Below are positions 56,462 to 64,000 of a DNA stretch of 64,000 bases, piece by piece. Source of the DNA: Chrysomallon squamiferum (Eukaryota > Animalia > Mollusca); the NCBI GenBank assembly GCA_012295275.1, contig CM022674.1:10602001-10666000 (forward strand), read 5' to 3'. A model generated the notes under the pieces. The model had not been told where the DNA came from, did not search any database, and saw only the letters and a list, made by a program, of their open reading frames with translations. Position 1 is the stretch's first letter. Every line of letters starts with the position of its first letter. The position numbers and the translations under genes are program-made.

Positions 56462-57192
56462 GTAAAAGAATTGTTTTCTCTTAAACATTTTCCAGTGAAC
56501 AAAGTGCCTATATTTTAAACTGTAACTAAATTTTTTTTAGTTCAATTTATTTTTATATTGTTGCTTATATATTGCTTTTTTTTTTTAAATTTTTTTTCTT
56601 ATTATTATGATTAATCCATAAATAGCAAAAATACTATTTTGGGAATGCTGACAAAAATATATTATTAACTGCTGCAGTGCCAAGTGCATGTGTGTGTTTT
56701 GTGTGTGTGTCTGTCTGCTTCTGTATGTGTGTGTCTCCATAGAAACCAGGTGTACAGAATTCCTAAAATGGACTTGGTTTTTTATTCATCAACTTTATTT
56801 TAAATATGAATTTAAGATTATACAATTTTTAAAATTAGTTTAATATTTTTTTAATATAGCAGGTCATATTATGATCTGGTTTGTACTTTTATCAAAACAA
56901 AGCCAGTTAGGGAATTGTGCTCAGTGTAAAATCTGTTTTATTTGTTTTTATCTTTTCATCTTTGCACTGGATCACATGGTTGTCATGTGACAGATACATA
57001 TGAATGTAAAAATGTGTATAATACTTTGTATGACAGAAAAAAGTTGAAAAAGATTTTTTGTTTAAACTGCTAAATCTGCTGTTCTGTTTAAGAAATGATT
57101 TCATACATGTATATTTTTTAATTTTTAACAATCTGTATTAAATAAAAATCAGTGTTTTCCAACATCAGTTTATCACATTTTTTAAATTACTG

Positions 57193-57203
57193 TTATTATT
57201 ATC

Positions 57204-57280
<77 letters not shown>

Positions 57281-57318
57281 AATTATTATTATCATTATCA
57301 TTATTACTACTACTATAC

Positions 57319-57383
<65 letters not shown>
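57193..57383. repeat. (ATT/ATC)n trinucleotide microsatellite
   Basis: Direct read; source of the spurious poly-Y/poly-I ORFs. Confidence 0.95.
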
Positions 57384-57384
<1 letters not shown>

Positions 57385-58274
57385 CACTTTTTTCTTCTTG
57401 TTCATGATTACAATTATAAGTCTGCTTATAATTTATATCTGACTAGATATCAGGTTTTATTTGCAATTAAAGCATTAAAGACATTAACTATATATCCACT
57501 TTAATTTTACCAGTATTGCTTCACATTTTAAAACAACTTTCCTATGATCACTAAGCTAACTTTTTTATTACTATATTTTAATATTACATGACAGTTAACA
57601 ATTTGACTTTTTATCATTTGCAGCAATGTTTTGACATCCTGATTAGAAATAAACATAACAATTTGATACAATGAGCTTTAACTTTTTACAGTTAAATAGT
57701 GGTAGTTTCCACGGGTCAGCATGCGTGGACTGTTAATGGTGTTAATTTAGAATTTAGATTTATGATTCTGGTATGACATTATTTGGTTGTGATTTCCTTG
57801 ACATGTTTTTTTAACATGTTTAATTTTATTTTCATTTGTACATTTTTTTTATTATTATAATTTTATTGTTTATGGATTTGCAGTATGCTCTTTAGCATTG
57901 TTAGCATTAGACATTTTGCTTTTGGTTTGATACACACTTACCAGCACAAATATTTATTTTCAAATCTTCAGTATTATTTGTTATATTTCTGCTTTAGTGT
58001 ACCTTTTTTAAACTTTAATTTTTTTAAAATTTTTTAAATAAATACATCTGTAAATTAAAAGGGATTTTGAATTAAAATTTTTATTTATAAAATGTCCTGA
58101 CAGTAAAACAGATTTTAAATTATGTAACAAACACAGCTTTAAACTTATTTTTATTGATTATCATTTATAACACCAGTGCACAGTTGACTCGTTACGTAAC
58201 TTTACAGTGTTACTTTTGTTTTATTAATACATCTATATGTCTGTTTATAACCAAATCTGTTAATAATTATCATA

Positions 58275-58303
58275 TATAAACAGTATGTTGTTTGCATTGG
58301 AGG

Positions 58304-58343
<40 letters not shown>

Positions 58344-58467
58344 TTGCTTTTAACGTCATGTCATTAATATTCTAATATTTAAATAATTTGTTTTGAAATT
58401 GTGTGTGTGTGTGTGTGCATGCGCATGTCTTAATATAACCTCCAATGCAAATAACCTATTGTTTATA
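58275..58467. mobile_element. Decayed inverted repeat / MITE-like remnant enclosing (TG)n tracts
   Basis: ATAAACAGTATGTTGTTTGCATTGGAGGT versus ACCTCCAATGCAAATAACCTATTGTTTAT (imperfect reverse complement). Confidence 0.5.
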
Positions 58468-61400
58468 AAATTACATCAACTGATTCAGTTATTATATAGA
58501 TTAAATACAAAGACACATGTATTATGATGCTAAAATAATTAACTAAATGTTTTATTATAAGCCAATATTATGTTAATTTTTCAAGGTACCAGATAACAGC
58601 CTTTATTCTAACTGCTTTCTGTGAAAAGTATTTTCATTTGTTAAACCTTACTAAACATTTTATATATTTTTTTTTAAACAATTAATAATAAGTTACAAAC
58701 AACCATTTATGCAAATGTTAAAAAAACAACAACAGTTCTGTGATTATAATTTGTATTTCTTTACAGATTAATAATTTTCAGCGACACAAGAATTAAAACA
58801 CTTATTTTTATAATTTTATATATGATTAGCAGTGGATTAGAGTCTTTTAATAATCCATTTCTAAGTTGTATTATATTTGTTTTTAAACCAACCTTTACTG
58901 TAGTTCAGTGGTAGCTTTTCATCATCATCATCTTTTTATACTTAATTTGTTTTATAACCTGTGTTATATGCAATAGCCAATAGACATTTTAACATGAACT
59001 GTTAATAACATAGTGTCATCAACTAAACAAATAAGACAAAATCATTTCATCATTCACATTTGTACATTAGAAATATTTTTGTATTTTAATTTTTTTTTTT
59101 AACTGTAGTTTGTTTACAAATGGTGCTTTAGTTTGAAAAAAGATAAAAATTGTTTTGTTTGTTTCATGAATAAACATTTTTAAAAAGATCAGTTGTTTGA
59201 GTATGATGTTGCAAATTAATAAATATACTGAGAAAAAGTGCATAGAATTTTGTAAGTGATATTGAAAAACAATATTTAGACATTTATATGTATATTTATT
59301 AATATGTCATACTGTTCTCTTTTCAGAATGTATATTTGTCACATTTGAAAAGAAATGACATTCTCAAACACCATCTGTTGAATATTTTGACATCAGCAGA
59401 CATTCTTTGCCCCTAATTAGTTTTCTTGTAATATATATCAGTGAACAGAACACAGAGGCATGACGACCCAGGACCAATCCTGCACAGCGTATCCATTGAA
59501 CCATTTCCTATTTTAGCCCAGCTCTTATTTATTAATGATGTACATTGAGGTACATAAATTACAAAAACCTGCGTCACAACTATGGTACTCAGTTAATGTA
59601 CAAACATTGATTTGAGACAAATACAGACTTGTAAGTTTTATGATAAAGCCATAATCATTCAGTTTGATGTGAATGCAGTATGAATTATGCTCTGTCTGGC
59701 AGACATCGTTTTACAGCTTAACAAAAAGGCCATGGTAAATGGTGTTCAAAACAGTTATTAATAATGAAGGGATAGTTTGTTTTTATTAGGTTTTGAAAAT
59801 ATCATTTCTGCCAGAACAGTAGAACATTTTTTTCTATAACACATTTGTAGATTATGGCATGTGTCAGTGATTCAGTTTGAGGCTGTTTCTATATGTTTGT
59901 GTCTCACACTAACTCCTGTTAGTCTGTAACATGCATGCTATGACAGCAGTTTGATGAAAACACATCAAAAATAAAACTGAATGAATGATTTCAATGGATT
60001 TTATTTTGAAGTTATTGGTGTTATACCAGTACTTTTATTGTGATTATTTTTAACAAATACTTTGCTTACAGTGATATATTAGTTTTTTCTCACTGCTTTA
60101 TACTTTAGTTGAACTGTTTTTCAAATACTCCATTTTAATTTCTTATTTTCCGGTTTGCATCAACTTCCATCAAATTTATTTTGTTTATTAATTACTTTGG
60201 AAAAAGTGTCTAATCTTTTGTCTGTTTAAGTAACTGATATTTTATTTTATTAATATTTATTTATTTATTTACTTATTTTTTAAATATTCTCATTGCTGCT
60301 ATTTTAATTCTTTCAGTTTTAAAAAGTATTGCCACATGTACATTTCTGTATGATGAATTAATGTACAGATAAAAAAAATAATAGTAATAATAAATACAAA
60401 AATAAAAAAACCAACAAAAATAATATATTATTTAATATTTTATTTGTCATCATTATTTTAATATTTATACAATCTATACAATATCTACAATGAACCAAGT
60501 TTTACAGATGACAGCAGAAATCTAAAATTTTCAAAACTGACTAGATAAAATAAAATTACAAAACGGAACATTTAAAATAATTAAAAATTCTGAAATTAAA
60601 ACAAAACATAAGTAACTTAGCAACTGAAATTTCTTTCTTTCCCATACAGTTTTACTTTATATATTTTTGAAAATTAAAATATAAAATTTCTTTTTAAGAT
60701 GCATTTACCACTTCTTCAACATTTTATTGAGGTATGCAATATTTCATTACAAATTCTAAGTAAAAACAAATTTATAAATAAATAAAAAATACATAGTTTT
60801 AGTACTAAAATATAAATTATTTTGAGCAGTAGGAAGACCATGTATGAAATGATAATAAAATGAATATACAGTGATACATTAAAAACTAAATATAGTGTTT
60901 ATTGATCTAAAATATATTTAAATTTTCTGTTATACTTTAAATGTTATTTTACACTATAAAGAGTCTTAATTATAAAACCTGTTACTTAGTACACTGTTAT
61001 ATTATTAATTAGTGTTTATATATTACACTAAAGTGATATTTTAATGTAGTCATATTTTACAATCTAGAATATTATTTAAATTTGTTATTGCATGTATTTT
61101 AATTTTTTTTAATACTAAAGCAGTATTAACAAAAAAATTAAAAAAAAGATTTTTTATAGTATAAACTATTTAAATTCCAGTATTGAAGAAATTTTTGAAG
61201 AATTTCTAATTAAACTCAAAAATACATTTTATTTATAATTAAATTGAAAACTTTAAAACTTAATAAAATATATTTGTATGTATTTATTTTTGTTCGGTTA
61301 CTAAGCAGTTCTTTGGCATTTCTATTTTATTTTTAAAATATAACTTAATCTTTATAAAATATTCTTACATTACTCAAAACTGTGCTGGTTTTCCCATGTT

Positions 61401-63693
61401 AAGTACAAATACATCACGTACACATATACAAATGAAATGTGGAAATTGGCACATTATTTACAAAATACTGAACTTGCCATGAATGGCACTTTGTGAAATG
61501 GAAGGCTTTCCATTTCTAAAGTAGTATTACAATATTTACACACCTATTTATTTTAATATTTAAAATCATTATTTTAATGTATCATGCTAGATATATTGCT
61601 TACGAAATGGTTTTAAAAAAACCCAAAAGATTTTAAAAATATATTAAGGCTTTTAAATTTTAACCTGTTTTAAAAATAATTTTTTTTATATCAAATGCAC
61701 TTGATAAAGCAAAGAAAATAATAAGATTAAAGTTACCATATTGACAATATTTAAAAAAGGAGAAAGAATAATCATTAAAAGCCAAAGAAAAGATAAAAAG
61801 AAAAGGGAATAAAAACAATGTGGTTTCAGTATTACTTGAAAGTGCCAATAGAATCTTTTTATGTTCAAATTTCTTTATTGCACGGAACCCTGTTATACAT
61901 TTTAGAACAATGTTTTACTTTGTAACAATATATCTACATCATGAATTTTATATTAAAAGGGTAATTTTCAGTTTTTAAAAACCATTTTAAAAAAAGGAAA
62001 TCTCTTATTTCATTAATTTATTTTTTAAATATCTTCAGTTATAAAGTAGTGAAATATTAAAAATATTCTAAAAACAAACATTTTTTTTATATAAATTCAG
62101 ATTATTTAAAAACAATTAAAAACAATTCTAAGCAGAAGGAAATATAATGTTGATCATAGATTTTCAGATTAAAAATAAATTACTTTTGTCCTCCAGGGTC
62201 AGATAATTACAAATGAAATAATATTTACAACATGGATACTACAACTACTGCACCAGTAAAACCACTGCAGTAAAAATCCTGCAAGAAACAACATGTAGAT
62301 AAATATATCTCTGTCCTCCTTAACAACTAGTACATGCACACTTTCTACAATATTCACATTTACATAGTGTTCACATAAACATTACAGACATATTAACATA
62401 ATTTCACCCAAACATTATAAAGAGATATTTTTCACTGTAACCTTTTTCATACCTTCAAAAATATTGAAATACTGCAATATTTTTCACACCATCATTACAC
62501 CATTGTCATATTAGTCTTTTTCACACCAACTAAACATATTGAAATATTTTTCACACATTAAAACATTGTCATTTTACAGTATTTTTCACAGGTAAATTAA
62601 ATACTGAAATACTGCAATAGTTTTTCACACTGACTTCATGTTTTACTGCAATATTTTCGCATCAGAACTAAAACTGATACTTTACTTTTCACACAACATG
62701 GCCATATTCTTTTTTCACACTAATTTATCATCTTTCATTTGTTACATTACAACAACGAAATTGGTCTGTCATCATATTTTAACACACACCATAACAAATT
62801 ATGACAGTGTAAACCTTTCTTCATTTTCATTATTCTTTATTTATTTATATACTTATTTATTTACTTATTTAGACTCATAGGACCCTATTTATAACATATT
62901 TGAGAACCTAAATACTTTATTCAAAATATTTTTTTTTTAAATCACTATATTTAAATTATATTCTTTGTAGTGAAACTAAAATATACTTTTTTTAGTTAAT
63001 TTATTTTATTTTTGAAGCTAAGTTTTTATCTTTCTTTCTTTAAACTTTTTGGAATCAGTGCAAGAGAAATGAGAAAAGTGAGTTTGATCAGAAACACAAA
63101 CATGGACGGACATGTGGTGTTGTCATGGTGAACATGTTAAACCAGGCTAATTTCAAATGGAATAATGAAATATATTTGTAAACATGACAGATGAATGACA
63201 ATGAGACATTTCAGGTCTGGTTTAAAATAAGTAAATTTATACTATTTCATACTGGGAACATGACCTAAAGAAGGGTCGTTATACATTAGAATGGGAATAT
63301 CATACTGATTTACAATCAGAGCAGATTGTACTGCTTTAAAATCATTATCACTGTGAATCTGGTATGAAATACTGTTTGTTAATGCTTTGTTACACTGGTT
63401 CATTAATTTTAATATTGTTTTAGATCCAAGGTTTACAGACGGAACATTCCTACTGACCTTTAACTCAAAATATTTGGTGCTCAACACAGATTTAAACTCA
63501 AAACTGACATACTGATATGAATTTCAAAATAACATACTGGCTTAAGAACTGTACAGAAATATTAATTTAGAACTGGGACATTATACGAATATGAATTCAG
63601 GCTTTTTTTCTTCTTTTTTTAAAAACCAGTTTTGAATTGGGAAGGTGTACGTGTTTAGAATTGGGACATTATACTGGTTTAGAATCGGGACAG

Positions 63694-63852
63694 TCATACA
63701 GGAGTGGAATCTGGCTCAGAGATTGAGTCTAAGGAGTTCTGCTGGATGGGTATAGGAGCTGAGATTTTTCTCCTGGCCTGAGCTGAGTCAGTTTCAAACG
63801 CCAGCCTCAAGTCATCCTTGATCTTACGCCCAAATGCCCGGCCCAAGGAGCC
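63694..63852 (-). CDS. Terminal coding exon of an unidentified gene entering from the right edge
   Basis: GC-richer block after the acceptor aatttcag; phase-0 reading GSLGRAFGRKIKDDLRLAFETDSAQARRKISAPIPIQQNSLDSISEPDSTPV* (52 aa plus TGA), followed by a long 3'UTR-like region with minus-strand T skew. Not in the ORF track; the frame is inferred. Confidence 0.65.
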   Translation of the reverse strand, partial: GSLGRAFGRKIKDDLRLAFETDSAQARRKISAPIPIQQNSLDSISEPDSTPV

Positions 63853-64000
63853 CTGAAATTAAAAACACATTTAAAAATTAAACTATAAATCTTACCACTT
63901 CATCATACCAGGCTGACATTAAATTTTAACGATGTTGTATAAATTATTTATTAAAAATACAATTTATTATTTTTAATTAAAACATAATTTGTCAAAAGGC

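Noticed and set aside
63242-63487. 81-aa minus-strand ORF
   Set aside because: Non-ATG start, AT-rich and downstream of the stop at 63694; most likely 3'UTR.

Overview
AT-rich, microsatellite-rich, intron-containing animal DNA; a Nin-type SINE remnant suggests a mollusc or other lophotrochozoan (inference). By joining exons by hand at GT-AG sites with phase checks I can support seven protein-coding genes: (1) the 5' part of a TRPC-family channel (-, runs off the left edge); (2) an unrecognised two-exon secreted protein of about 137 aa (+); (3) DNA ligase III (+), with dual ATGs, an apparent 1-nt frameshift in the zinc-finger exon, an extra PBZ zinc-finger exon and a probable U12-type intron in the BRCT region; (4) an unrecognised four-exon 322-aa gene (-); (5) TMEM222 (-); (6) a TCF19-like FHA+PHD gene (+); (7) the last exon of an unidentified gene (-, right edge). 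Repeats include a 34-bp minisatellite of about 1.9 kb, a roughly 175-bp long inverted repeat, a Tigger/pogo-like MITE and decayed palindromic elements. The best candidate for a new system is gene 4. It has no WW domain and no FAM181 N-terminal motif, yet carries a near copy of the YAP TEAD-binding omega-loop (VPMRLRALPQSFWQQP), a YAP-like LxxLFxxV helix in reversed order, a PPxY motif, an AT-hook, an HCF-1-binding DHDY motif and a SIM-like segment. It may be an undescribed Hippo/TEAD cofactor. All family assignments rest on remembered motifs; no searches were run.
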